This document shows, piece after piece, positions 11,921 to 22,875 of a stretch of 28,664 bases of DNA; the first letter of the stretch is position 1; each line of letters starts with the position of its first letter. A model generated the notes under the pieces. It worked only from the letters and a program-made list of their open reading frames with translations, searched no databases and was not told the origin of the DNA. Origin of the DNA: Macrostomum lignano (Eukaryota); assembly GCA_002269645.1 (NCBI GenBank), contig NIVC01002008.1, forward strand, positions 1-28,664, read 5' to 3'. Both the position numbers and the translations under genes were made by a program.

Positions 11921-14265
11921 ACTCGCCGTCCCAGCTCCACCCGTTCGCCAGCGGCCTGTTCTCTTTCGGCCAGTCCTCGGCCGCTTCTTCGAGTTGCTCG
12001 GCTTTGTCGGTCCGGCCCGACCAGGTCGATCCCGACGAACTGGCCGCCGCCTACCCAGCTGGCCAGTTGGAGCTGCGCAACCAGCCGCAGCTGTACCTGG
12101 CAGTGCGCAATACTCTGCTAGCCGCCTGGGCCATCTGGCACTCGACGCTGGCTCAATCATCGTCTCAGACACCAGCCGATTGGCCAACTATTGCTGGCAG
12201 TCGACGCTCCGAATCGTTAATCCTATGTAGAGGCCTGGCCAGGATTCGAATCTGTTCGGCCATTTTGCCGGCTATTATTCGTCGATTAGAACGTCAGGGC
12301 CTTATTAATTTCGGCATCCGACCTGTCGCTTCCGATGCTGCTGACGGCGACGACGGCGATTGCGACGACGGTAGTGTCACTGATGTCGTTATTGTCGGCG
12401 ACGACATTGCGGGACTGGTGGCGGCTCGGCAGCTGGTCAGCTTTGGCCGGCGCGTCGTTCTGATTGAATCGACCAACAACAACGAAAGGGATAACGACAA
12501 AGGAAATAGTCGTCGGCGACTTCGTCTACCCGACATTGCTGTCGTTGATAGCGTGTCGAATAACCCGCTGTGTCTAATGGCGCTGCAGCGGGGCATCGGC
12601 CACAGCGGTGTTCGTAGTCTGGAGGATAATCCGTTGCTGAACGTGGACCTGTTCGACTGGCCCGACGGCGGTCGGATCGCGGCGGAGTCCGACGTGGTCT
12701 GTCAAGCTGTCGACGTCGTTACTGAGGCACTCGCCGCGGCGTCCGCTAAGCGAGTCTACGCGTCAGCTAGGCGAAAGGCTCGGACAACCGGAAGTGAAGC
12801 TGTTAGCTTCTTTGTCGAATCCGATGCTGCAAATTATGATGCAACCGGAAGTAAATCTATTCCTGCCGGGAATGAACCCAATCCTACCGGAAGTGAAGCC
12901 AATCCTACCGGAAGTGAAGCCAATCCTACCGGAAGTGAAGCCAATCCTACCGGAAGTGAAGCCAATCCTACCGTAAGTGAAGCCAATCCTACCGGAAGTG
13001 AAGCCCATCCTACCGGAAGTGAAGCCAATCCTACCGGAAGTGAAGCAAATCCTACCGGAAGTGAACCCAATTCTACCGGAAGTAAATCAAATCCCACTGG
13101 AAAGAAATCCAATCTTACCAAAAATAGCTCGAATCCAACCGGATTTGTGTCGGCACCAATCGAAAGTGATGACGTATCAGTTTCGACGCAAATCGACGAG
13201 CAGAGTCTGTTAGACGAGATGACCGCCAGTTCGGAGCAAGGCGCCAGATTGTTAAATTTCTACCTGGCCAGTTTAGAGTACAGATTAGGCGCCCCACTCG
13301 ATCTAGTATCCGCCGCCTCGACGTTGCCGTTCGAGCGCGACAAAATTCTGCCGCAACTAAGCGACAATTCAGCGATTGTCGGAGTCGACACTCTGGCCGA
13401 CCTGGCCGACTGGCTGGCTGCCGGCTCGCGGACGGTTCCGCTGCTGCGCGGTTCCGCCGTCGCCCGGATCTGTCGACGTCCGGCGGCCTCCTCGACTTCG
13501 CCAGACACCGGTGTCGAAGTGTCGCTAACCGACGGGCGTCGGATCCGCGCCGCCTGCTGTCTGTTGACGCTGCCGCTAGCGCCGTCGGGTCTTCTGACCG
13601 GTGACGATAATGACGGTCCGGAGTTCGAGCCGCCGCTGCCCAGTTCTAAACTGCGAGCGGCCGACGCTCACGGCTGCTGCCGTTTGTCGACGCTGAGGCT
13701 TCGATTCCGACGTCGATTCTGGCTGCCGAGTCGATGTTTTGCCGCTCTGCCGGAGTCGTCGACAAGTCGCGGCATCTGCCACCTGTTCGTCGATCCGTCC
13801 CCGGTCGATGGCGACAATTCGCCATCAACGTCGTCGGCCTTTCCGCTGTTGGCGATCTTCTGCGGCAAGGCTGTTGAACATCTGGCAGCTCAGGCTGATC
13901 CGCTCGGCTACGCCACCAGAGAGGCCACTCGTCGACTCGCCGTAATATTCGGCGAATCTGCCGAACCGCCCGTCGATTCGTCGCTGAGCAGCTGGTCCGC
14001 CGCCTACCCGGCCGCTGGTCGATGGTCGCCTACTGGCGACGCCGAATTCGCCGACGCACTTTCAGCCGACGTCGGCTGCTCTAGCGGCGGCGACGGCGAC
14101 GGCGATGCCGGCCCGTTGTTCTTCGCCGGCGAAGCCGCGTCGAAGGAGTTTCCGCACAGCCTGACTGGCGCCTGCGTCAGCGGACTGGCCGCTGCTGGCC
14201 GGGTGGCCGACTGGCTGGACGCTCGGTCTAGGCGGGTGCTGCTTCGGGCTGAGCAGCGTTGCTAG
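11921..14265 (+). CDS. KDM1B: KDM1B/LSD2-like large exon: SWIRM and amine oxidase domain
   Basis: Pyrimidine-rich ccctttag| acceptor at 11920, in phase 1 matching the previous donor. ALSVRPD..DEL, LYLAVRNTLLAAW, GLINFG, VVIVGDDIAGLVAARQL, NNPLCLM, LLNFYLASLEY, FEPPLP, LFFAGEAASKEFPHSLTGACVSG all map onto LSD2 segments. Confidence 0.9.
12880..13153 (+). repeat. 21-bp coding minisatellite (AATCCTACCGGAAGTGAAGCC) encoding NPTGSEA, 9 near-perfect and 4 degenerate units
   Basis: In frame within the KDM1B-like ORF, with no stops. Confidence 0.93.
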
Positions 14266-14329
14266 GGCGTCTGGGTGTCTGGACATTGTCTTATCTAGCT
14301 GTTTTCTTATTTACATTCGGTTGCTGGGG

Positions 14330-14790
14330 TGTGTATTTCTGGTTGCAAGGATGTGTATTTCTGGTTGCTAGGGTGGTTATTTCTGGTTGCAAGGATATGT
14401 ATTTCTGGTTGCTAGGGTGATTCTTTCTTAGTTGCTATGGTGATTCTTTCTTGGTTGCTAGGGTGATTCTTTTTTAGTTGCTAGGGTGATTCTTTGGTTG
14501 CTAGGGTGATTCTTTAGTTGCTAAGGTGAATCTTTAGTTGCTAGGGCGCTTCTTTAGTTGCTAGGGTGATTCTTCTTCAGTTGCTAGAGTGATTCTTCTT
14601 TAGTTGCTAAGATAAATCTTTTTTAGTTGCTAGGGCGCTTCTTTAGTTGCTAGTGTGATTCTTCTTTAGTTGCTAGTGTGATTCTTCTTTAGTTGCTAGT
14701 GTGATTCTTCTTTAGTTGCTAGTGTGATTCTTCTTTAGTTGCTAGTGTGATTCTTCTTTAGTTGCTAGGGGGATTCTTTTTAGTTGCTAA
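14330..14790. repeat. Variable 20-26-bp minisatellite (TGATTCTTCTTTAGTTGCTAGTG) 3' of the KDM1B-like stop
   Basis: Direct reading. AATAAA at 15075-15080 suggests it may lie in the 3' UTR. Confidence 0.9.
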
Positions 14791-15349
14791 GCGCATTCGA
14801 TCTGCTAAGGTCGATCAGGTTGCTACTGTCATAAGTTTTAATCACTAAAATGCTTCTTTGTGGTACCTAGAATGTTTTTGGTTGCTGGGATGCTTTCGTC
14901 TCGTCTTTACTAATGACTCTGGTCTGTTTCTCTCTGTGTTTATTGCGATAGCTATTTTCATTTTATAGACACTTGCTACGAGCGTACTGTAAATTTAATC
15001 ATACCCTCATCGTGTTTTCTTGTTGTTCTGTGTTCCTTTTGCATTTTTCCTATTACATCATCTTTTGTAAGCAGAATAAAAATAATTTCGGTTATCCATT
15101 TGACTACTGGAAGTAGAATAAATCCATTTGACTTTCTTTTCACTAAACCCTTAAGTCACTCGATGGCTCATTTTTCTGTTCTGGCAGCACACACTATATT
15201 TGCGCATTTCTACTTACAGTAGCTGCTAAGCGTTTTTATTATTTTTGTAATAAACTCAATTCGTGTAGTTTATCTGACCAAAGCCTCTCTTATATAATTC
15301 AAAAAAAGATTTAAAAATTGTTTTGTCTGTCATTTTTTACCTCTACTCC

Positions 15350-16725
15350 CAGATCAGCCTCCCAGATCCTCAGTTGCTGGGCCAGCCAGCCTCCCAGATC
15401 CTCAGTTGCTGGGTCAGCCTCCCACAGTGTCAGTTGCTGGGCCAGCCTCCCAGATCCTCAGTTGCTGGGTCAGCCTCCCACAGTGTCAGTTGCAGGGCCA
15501 GCCTCCCACAGTGTCAGTTGCAGGGCCAGCCTCCCACAGTGTCAGTTGCTGGGCCAGCCTCCCAGAGTGTCAGTTGCTGGGTCAGCCTCCCAGATTCTCA
15601 GTTGCTGGGCCAGCCTCCCACAGTGTCAGTTGCTGGGCCAGCCTCCCACAGTGTCAGTTGCTGGGCCAGCCTCCCACAGTGTCAGTTGCTTGGGCCAGCC
15701 TCCCACAGTGTCAGTTGCTGGGCCAGCCTCCCACAGTGTCAGTTGCTGGGCCAGCCTCCCACAGTGTCAGTTGCTGGGCCAGCCTCCCACAGTGTCAGTT
15801 GCTGGGCCAGCCTCCCACAGTGTCAGTTGCTGGGCCAGCCTCCCACAGTGTCAGTTGCTGGGCCAGCCTCCCACAGTGTCAGTTGCTGGGCCAGCCTCCC
15901 ACAGTGTCAGTTGCTGGGCCAGCCTCCCACAGTGTCAGTTGCTGGGCCAGCCTCCCACAGTGTCAGTTGCTGGGCCAGCCTCCCACAGTGTCAGTTGCTT
16001 AGGCCAGCCTCCCACAGTGTCAGTTGCTTAGGCCAGCCTCCCAGATCCTCAGTTGCTGGGCCAGCCTCCCACAGTGTCAGTTGCTGGGCCAGCCTCCCAC
16101 AGTGTCAGTTGCTGGGCCAGCCTCCCACAGTGTCAGTTGCTGGGCCAGCCTCCCACAGTGTCAGTTGCTTAGGCCAGCCTCCCACAGTGTCAGTTGCTTG
16201 GGCCAGCCTCCCACAGTGTCAGTTGCTGGGCCAGCCTCCCACAGTGTCAGTTGCTGGGCCAGCCTCCCACAGTGTCAGTTGCTTGGGCCAGCCTCCCACA
16301 GTGTCAGTTGCTGGGCCAGCCTCCCACAGTGTCAGTTGCTGGGCCAGCCTCCCACAGTGTCAGTTGCTGGGTCAGCCTCCCAGATCCTCAGTTGCTGGGC
16401 CAGCCTCCCACAGTGTCAGTTGCTGGGCCAGCCTCCCACAGTGTCAGTTGCTGGGCCAGCCTCCCACAGTGTCAGTTGCTGGGCCAGCCTCCCACAGTGT
16501 CAGTTGCTGGGCCAGCCTCCCACAGTGTCAGTTGCTGGGCCAGCCTCCCACAGTGTCAGTTGCTGGGCCAGCCTCCCACAGTGTCAGTTGCTTAGGCCAG
16601 CCTCCCACAGTGTCAGTTGCTTGGGCCAGCCTCCCACAGTGTCAGTTGCTTAGGCCAGCCTCCCACAGTGTCAGTTGCTTGGGCCAGCCTCCCACAGTGT
16701 CAGTTGCTTAGGCCAGCCTCCCAGA
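15350..16725. repeat. 28-29-bp minisatellite (GGGCCAGCCTCCCACAGTGTCAGTTGCT), about 49 copies
   Basis: Direct reading; explains five repetitive ORFs. Confidence 0.97.
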
Positions 16726-17554
16726 TCTTAGGCCCGTTGCTCGAAAAAATGGTCTTTTGAAAAGTTCCGTCAAAATGGCATTTTTGTTTAAAAAAAGGAG
16801 AAACCTTTCGCCTGCACAGAAACTTGATGGCAACAGAGTTGGAACGAATATAGTCGGCAATCCAAAAAGAAACGATGAGCCAGTTGCATATTGCAGCCAG
16901 CCACTAGCTTCGCTATACTTGCTTGGAGTAGATAATTATACAGGTGGGCATTCAGGGATCCACTCCGCTATGATATTGTTCTTCGCCCCGGGGTTCCGGG
17001 GGTTCGTGCTAAATTTCTAATTCTCTCTCATCTTTTATCTTTTTATAGCGCCCCACCCTATCATCGGCGCAGATTATGGTCTAAGTCTAATACTCATCTG
17101 TATAGCTTTATGAATTATTAATTATTGCTGGAAATGTAAAAAACCGGCATCTCTGAATTGTATTGTGTTGTATATTGTATATGCTTGCGGCTGAGTAGGC
17201 GCCTCAGATCTCATCCCATACACCACTCTGTAGCCAACCTTTGTGCGCTCTCTGATTGGCTGGCTGTAGTTGTTGCCATTGGAGATTGTTGTAGCATTAG
17301 TAGGGAAGAAAAAATGATGATGAGGAAAAGCCGACTCGGTTGGGTATTAAAATAGGAAGCGGTTTGAGTCCAGTCGCAGTGCCGGTTCTGTCGCTGTTAC
17401 GAAAGCTATAAATCATTGCTAGAGTCCTCTCTCGACCAGCTTTGCTAGTGAAATTCTTGTTGATCTCGATTAATCTGATAATATTTTTGGCGCGCAAATG
17501 AAGTGTGAGTATTGTCTTTGATTGCAGGATTTAATTTGACTGGATGCACTGGTA

Positions 17555-18473
17555 CCCCAACCATAAAGTGACGCACTGCACCCCTACCTTAGAGTGACGC
17601 ACTGGCACCCCTACCTTAGAGTGACGCACAGGCACCCCTACCTTAGAGTGACGCACAGGCACCCCTACCTTAGAGTGACGCACAGGCACCCCTACCTTAG
17701 AGTGACGCACAGGCACCCCTACCTTAGAGTGACGCACTGGCACCCATGCCTTAGAGTGACGCACTGGCACCCCTACCTTAGAGTGACGCACAGGCACCCC
17801 TACCTTAGAGTGACGCACAGGCACCCCTACCTTAGAGTGACGCACAGGCACCCCTACCTTAGAGTGACGCACAGGCACCCCTACCTTAGAGTGACGCACA
17901 GGCACCCCTACCTTAGAGTGACGCACTGGCACCCCTACCTTAGAGTGACGCACAGGCACCCCTACCTTAGAGTGACGCACAGGCACCCCTACCTTAGAGT
18001 GACGCACAGGCACCCCTACCGTAGAGTGACGCACAGGCACCCCTACCTTAGAGTGACGCACAGGCACCCCTACCTTAGAGTGACGCACTGGCACCCATGC
18101 CTTAGAGTGACGCACTGGCACCCCTACCTTGAGTGACGCACAGGCACCCCTACCTTAGAGTGACGCACAGGCACCCTACCTTAGAGTGACGCACAGGCAC
18201 CCCTACCTTAGAGTGACGCACAGGCACCCCTACCGTAGAGTGACGCACAGGCACCCCTACCTTAGAGTGACGCACAGGCACCCCTACCTTAGAGTGACGC
18301 ACTGGCACCCATGCCTTAGAGTGACGCACTGGCACCCCTACCTTGAGTGACGCACAGGCACCCCTACCTTAGAGTGACGCACAGGCACCCCTACCTTAGA
18401 GTGACGCACAGGCACCCCTACCTTAGAGTGACGCACAGGCACCCCTACCTTAGAGTGACGCACTGGCACCCCT
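17555..18473. repeat. 27-bp minisatellite (TTAGAGTGACGCACAGGCACCCCTACC), about 34 copies
   Basis: Direct reading. Confidence 0.97.
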
Positions 18474-19039
18474 AACTTTTTGGGAGTGATATCCAGAAAC
18501 TCGAACTTCAATTAAATAAAGTAGACTACAATTTTACTGCGAAGTTATACATTTTATTGATGTTTCTTCAGTCAATAACATTTTTCCAATCTCTCGAATT
18601 AGCTAGATTCAGATTCAGATTTCAATAAAAAAAAATGTTTTATTGTTACAGGATAATCAATAGTCAGATGTTTCAGCTCCACAATGGCGCAGGAAAACTT
18701 TGCTAATGAGAAAATGCCCTTTGAAGTACCGCATAGCGTAACGTATTGGCTTTTCTTTTGCTTTTTTATTTCTTTACATGCAGCTCAGGCTATGGCGCAC
18801 TTCCCACACTCACTATATGAGCGTTGAATTATTTATGCCAACCAAGAGGAGAGTCACTGTGTCGGATCTCTGCAGTTTCCCTGTGTGTTATCTATGTATC
18901 TTATTACACTATAGATCGCGTATAGTTTTTTTGGGTGATTCTGGTGACGTACAGCTAGTTATTGAGTTATGGTGCTAGTGGTCAGGCATATCGATAGACA
19001 ACTGCAGTAGTAGAGGGACTCTGAATAAAAGTAGATTTT

Positions 19040-19148
19040 ATTATAAATCAGCTGGCTCGAGGTAACAAATTGTTCCAGTGGGGATCGGGAATCGGACCCC
19101 CGACCTTCAAGTCGTGATTCCGATCTCTCTGACCACTAGGCTACAACC
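19040..19148 (-). mobile_element. tRNA-derived SINE head (truncated)
   Basis: Minus strand GGTTGTAGCCTAGTGGTCAGAG (A box) ... GGTCCGATTCCC (B box with one mismatch). It continues CCCGATCCCCACTGGAACAATTTGT, similar to the post-B-box part of the neighbouring SINE. No full cloverleaf is evident. Confidence 0.6.
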
Positions 19149-19176
19149 TTTTAGCTGTCATCTGTACCCCTAAGAT

Positions 19177-19490
19177 GGGCCACTCCAGCCGCCCGGACCA
19201 TAGACTATAGCCTCTGCTGCTCTCAAGCATTGGGTCCCGATCCCACTGGACTGGAACGATTCGTGTCTTTGAGCAAGACACTTAACCCTGCATTGCTTCA
19301 GTTCACCCAGCTGTAAAATGGGTGCCAGCATTAGCTGGGGTAATTGAGGGTGTGTGTGTGACAACCCCCCCCCCAGTCCCTGGACTGAACAGCCGTATGC
19401 ACCCTTCAGATGCGCCGCGCAATAGCTGCGGCTGAGCTGTCGGTTGCACATCTGCTCCAATTGAGTCAGGTGTAATCAAATATTATTACT
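19177..19490 (+). mobile_element. tRNA-derived SINE with CORE-like central domain
   Basis: Degenerate B-box-like GGTCCCGATCCC, then GTGTCTTTGAGCAAGACACTTAACCCTGCATTGCTTCAGTTCACCCAGCTGTAAAATGGG (19263-19322), which resembles the MIR/AFC CORE consensus; ends in a TATTATTA tail. Confidence 0.7.
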
Positions 19491-19909
19491 AGCAGCATCT
19501 GTCTGTGTCTGTCTGTCTGTGGCCCTAACCCCGGGGTTTTCGGGGCTGAATAAATTTTTAGTGAATGGTTCTGTGACATATCTAGGTAATATAGTATCTC
19601 TAGCGAGCGTACAGAATGCACTAACTATACAACAGATATGCATTTGGTCATGGGTCAGGCTTAGCTCGCTCTCGCTATCTTTATGCAAAGCAGGGGTTTT
19701 CTATCAGTTCCACATTGCGGACAAACCGGTTTATCGTGTTATAAAAATATCATTAAAAATTTAAAACTCACAAAAAGCATCAATCGATTTTTACGAGCAT
19801 TGGCAATTAATTATACTTCTATATTACAGTCATGACCTCATTGATTTTCTTAGAACTTCTCATCGTCTCAGAAAAAACGAAGAAAAAAATTGACATTGCC
19901 AGCTAGAGA

Positions 19910-20235
19910 CAGCCAATGACAACTAGTGACAGCCAATGACAGCTAGTGACAGCCAATGACAGCTAGTGACAGCCAATGACAGCTAGTGACAGCCAATGAC
20001 AGCTAGTGACAGCCAATGACAGCTAGTGACAGCCAATGACAGCTAGAGACAGCCAATGACAGCTAGTGACAGCCAATGACAGCTAGTGACAGCCAATCGC
20101 AGCTAGTGACAGCCAATCGCAGCTAGTGACAGCCAATGACAGCTAGTGACAGACAATGACAGCTAGTGACAGACAATGACAGCTAGTGACAGCTAATGAC
20201 AGCTAGAGACAGACAATGACAGCTAGTGACAGCTA
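19910..20235. repeat. 20-bp minisatellite made of two related 10-mers (GACAGCTAGT-GACAGCCAAT), about 16 copies
   Basis: Direct reading. Confidence 0.95.
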
Positions 20236-20360
20236 GCCCAAAAGATGCTAAATGCTCAAAAATATTTTCTTAGAAAAGAAACTGTTAAACACACGGAATA
20301 ACAAAAAAGGGAGCCAATATCAAATTTCAACAGCATAACATCATCAGCAGCAGCAGATCA

Positions 20361-20364
20361 ATGG
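20361..20364 (+). CDS. Candidate start exon (ATG+G) of the prohormone-4-like gene; exon probably 20334-20364
   Basis: tttcaacag| acceptor at 20333 and atgg|gtatta donor (weak). Joined to the next exon it gives M-D-HPLFALL... Confidence 0.4.
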
Positions 20365-20687
20365 GTATTAACCACTTCTTTTTATCTTCGAAGTTATCTG
20401 AGATGCTTTAGGCGCAATTCCTCTCCTTAGAGTCTTGGTTCAGCTTGTAAACCGATATCCCAATATGTCCGGACTGATTAACAATGCAAACAATACAGCT
20501 AATCCCTGTGTTGCCGAATAGTTGATGACAATGCAGGGAAGGATTTTCGGTTTGGATTGCAGTCCCCTGGCAGCTCAATATAAATCTTCGTTTATGCTAT
20601 CCGATTTTGTGTTTGTGAATTGTGAGTAAAGACTGGGATATTGAAAACAAAACCAGTTGAAAATATCGTTTCCAATATCATTTGCAG

Positions 20688-20768
20688 ATCATCCGCTGTT
20701 TGCTCTGCTTCCGGCTGTTTTGTTGCTTGGCAACGCCGGTTGTTGCTACGGTATGCCGCAGGCGGGAG
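20688..20768 (+). CDS. Signal-peptide exon of the prohormone-4-like gene
   Basis: catttgcag| acceptor, gag|gtacag donor, 81 nt, phase 1-1. Encodes HPLFALLPAVLLLGNAGCCYGMPQAG, a hydrophobic core followed by small residues. Confidence 0.65.
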
Positions 20769-20871
20769 GTACAGTGCTTGTTTACACTGAAGTTTTCGTT
20801 TTCGATTGAGCAGTATCCTCATACCTACAACAGTCGAATTCCCATATCTACAGTATAAAGTAAAGTAGAAT

Positions 20872-21515
20872 ACCTCTCATACCGACAGTAGAATTCCCCT
20901 CATACCGACAGTAGAATTCCCCTCACACCGACAGTAGAATTCCCCTCACCCCGACAGTAGAACTCCCTCACCCCGACAGTAGAATTCCCCTCACACCGAC
21001 AGTAGAACTCCCCTCATATCGACAGTAGAACTCCCCTCATATCGACAGTAGAATTCCCCTCACACCGACAGTAGAACTCCCCTCACCCCGACAGTAGAAT
21101 TCCCCTCACCCCGACAGTAGAATTCCCCTCACACCGACAGTAGAACTCCCCTCATATCGACAGTAGAATTCCCCTCACACCGACAGTAGAATTCCCCTCA
21201 CACCGACAGTAGAATTCCCCTCACACCGACAGTAGAACTCCCCTCACACCGACAGTAGAATTCCCCTCACACCGACAGTAGAATTCCCCTCACCCTGACA
21301 GTAGAATTCCCCTCACACCGACAGTATAATTCCCCTCACCCGACAGTAGAACTCCCCTCATATCGACAGTAGAACTCCCCTCATATCTACAGTAGAATTC
21401 CCCTCACACCGACAGTAGAACTCCCCTCACACCGACAGTAGAACTCCCCTCACACCGACAGTAGAATTCGCCTCGCACCGACAGTAGAATTCCCCTCACA
21501 CCGACAGTAGAATTC
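20872..21515. repeat. 23-bp minisatellite (CCGACAGTAGAATTCCCCTCACA), about 28 copies
   Basis: Direct reading. Confidence 0.96.
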
Positions 21516-21976
21516 ACAGAGTTAAATTTGCAAAAATTCTGATAAATTTTCAGGTTCTGCCGTCGTCGCTCCTGGTGAGTCAGGTATCTGCATCTGGAAA
21601 TTTCTGGATTAATTTTCGTTACTATAATTATCTGACAGAAAAGCACTTGTAATCCCTTTTTATCCGACTGCCGCTCCGATGAACTGGAATGCAGAGAATC
21701 TACTAAATAATCTTTCCTTTGCATGGACATTCTCCACAACAGGTGTAAAATGATGTGTTTCATGCTCAGCTGAAGGCTTAGATATAGTCGTACATTTAGC
21801 TATACATTTATTAGGCCTATAAGCCTCTCAAACGACAGATTATCTACAGCTGAGTGGTAACGCATCCAGCTCTCTCTCTCTCATTCGCTATGAAAGATAT
21901 CAGCAGGAGGCCTTCGGCGACATCGTTCCGAAATTCTTCAGCGCTGAGGCAATTCTGCCCATTCCGCTTACTCCTG

Positions 21977-22875
21977 GGGCCCGTGCTATAGAATACTCTT
22001 AACTCCTAAATCCTTAAGAGTGTCCTAACTCCTAGCTCCTAGCTGGCTTTTCTGTGCTATAGAATCAAGAGTAAATTTCAAGAGCTAGGAGGCTCCTTAA
22101 GGACGTTAGGAGACTCTTGGGTGAATTTAGGAGAACTCATTAAGGTCCGTGGCATGCTATAGAATTAGGAGAGGAAGTCTAGGAGCTAGGAGCTAGGAGT
22201 TGGCTTTTACGAGTGATTCTAGGAGCGTGTGTCCTATAGAATGAGAAAATTTCGCTCCTAACTCTTGACTCCTAAGCAAGAGTTCAAGGGCCAATTTTCA
22301 ATCTTAGACAAGCTAGGATTATAATGTTTTCGAACAGCGAATCGGATTCTGATGAGGAAGGAGTCAATGATAGACCCTTTCCTTGCGGAGTTGGGTCAAA
22401 GCCAAACTTTTCACGGCATTCCAATATCACGTCTTGCCACATCTTCGCATTCTTAGTTATGGTTATACTAAACGCACCAAAGAGAACCTCTTTGCGTGCA
22501 GCGACGGCTCTCACAAATGATATTTTTTGAGCAATTTGCATTTTCACTCCTGAGATTCAATTCTTAAGGACCGTAAAGTTAGGATTGTGATATAGCACAC
22601 AATTCTCTATCATCCTTAAACGATTGCGCAACACTCCTTGAACACACCCCCACTCCTAGGCTGCACTCCTTGCAAGAACTCCTAGCTCCTAGCTCCTAAC
22701 TCCTGATTCTATAGCACACAAAATTCAATCACTCCTTGTCAAGAGTACTCTTGGGTCCCAGCTCCTAACTCCTAACTCCTGATTCTATAGCACACAAAAT
22801 TCAATCACTCCTTGTCAAGAGTACTCTTGAGTCCTAGCTCCTAACTCTTAACTCCTGATTCTATAGCACGGGCCC
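21977..22875. mobile_element. 899-bp non-autonomous PIF/Harbinger-type DNA transposon
   Basis: Perfect 18-bp TIRs GGGCCCGTGCTATAGAAT (21977-21994) and ATTCTATAGCACGGGCCC (22858-22875), 3-bp TSD CTG on both sides, internal copies of the TIR core in matching orientation, and a ~76-bp subterminal direct repeat. Confidence 0.88.

Noticed and set aside
11865-12230. ORF starting after the AG at 11862 as the KDM1B-like exon start
   Set aside because: Wrong frame for SWIRM homology; the acceptor at 11920 has the right phase and a better pyrimidine tract.
15318-16711. 462-aa and overlapping Cys/Ser/Pro repeat ORFs
   Set aside because: Products of a 28-bp array whose frames shuffle with 29-bp variants; no splice or homology support.
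16731-16750. TTA|GGCCCGTTGCTCGAAAA as the left TIR of another Harbinger-like element
   Set aside because: No convincing reciprocal TIR was found in the window.
17158-17355. Hydrophobic ORF as the signal-peptide exon of the LDLa gene
   Set aside because: No in-frame ATG before the hydrophobic part and only weak donors; exon 20688-20768 fits far better. It could still be a 5' UTR exon.
17531-18335. PVRHSKVGV and VTHRHPYLR repeat ORFs
   Set aside because: Translations of the 27-bp minisatellite, broken by 1-nt deletions.
19078-19148. Functional tRNA gene on the minus strand
   Set aside because: The B box is mutated, I could not fold an acceptor or anticodon stem, and it continues into SINE-like sequence.
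21899-21976. Coding-looking stretch QEAFGDIVPKFFSAEAILPIPLTP interrupted by the transposon
   Set aside because: No recognisable homology, no compatible donor, and it is not needed for the gene model.
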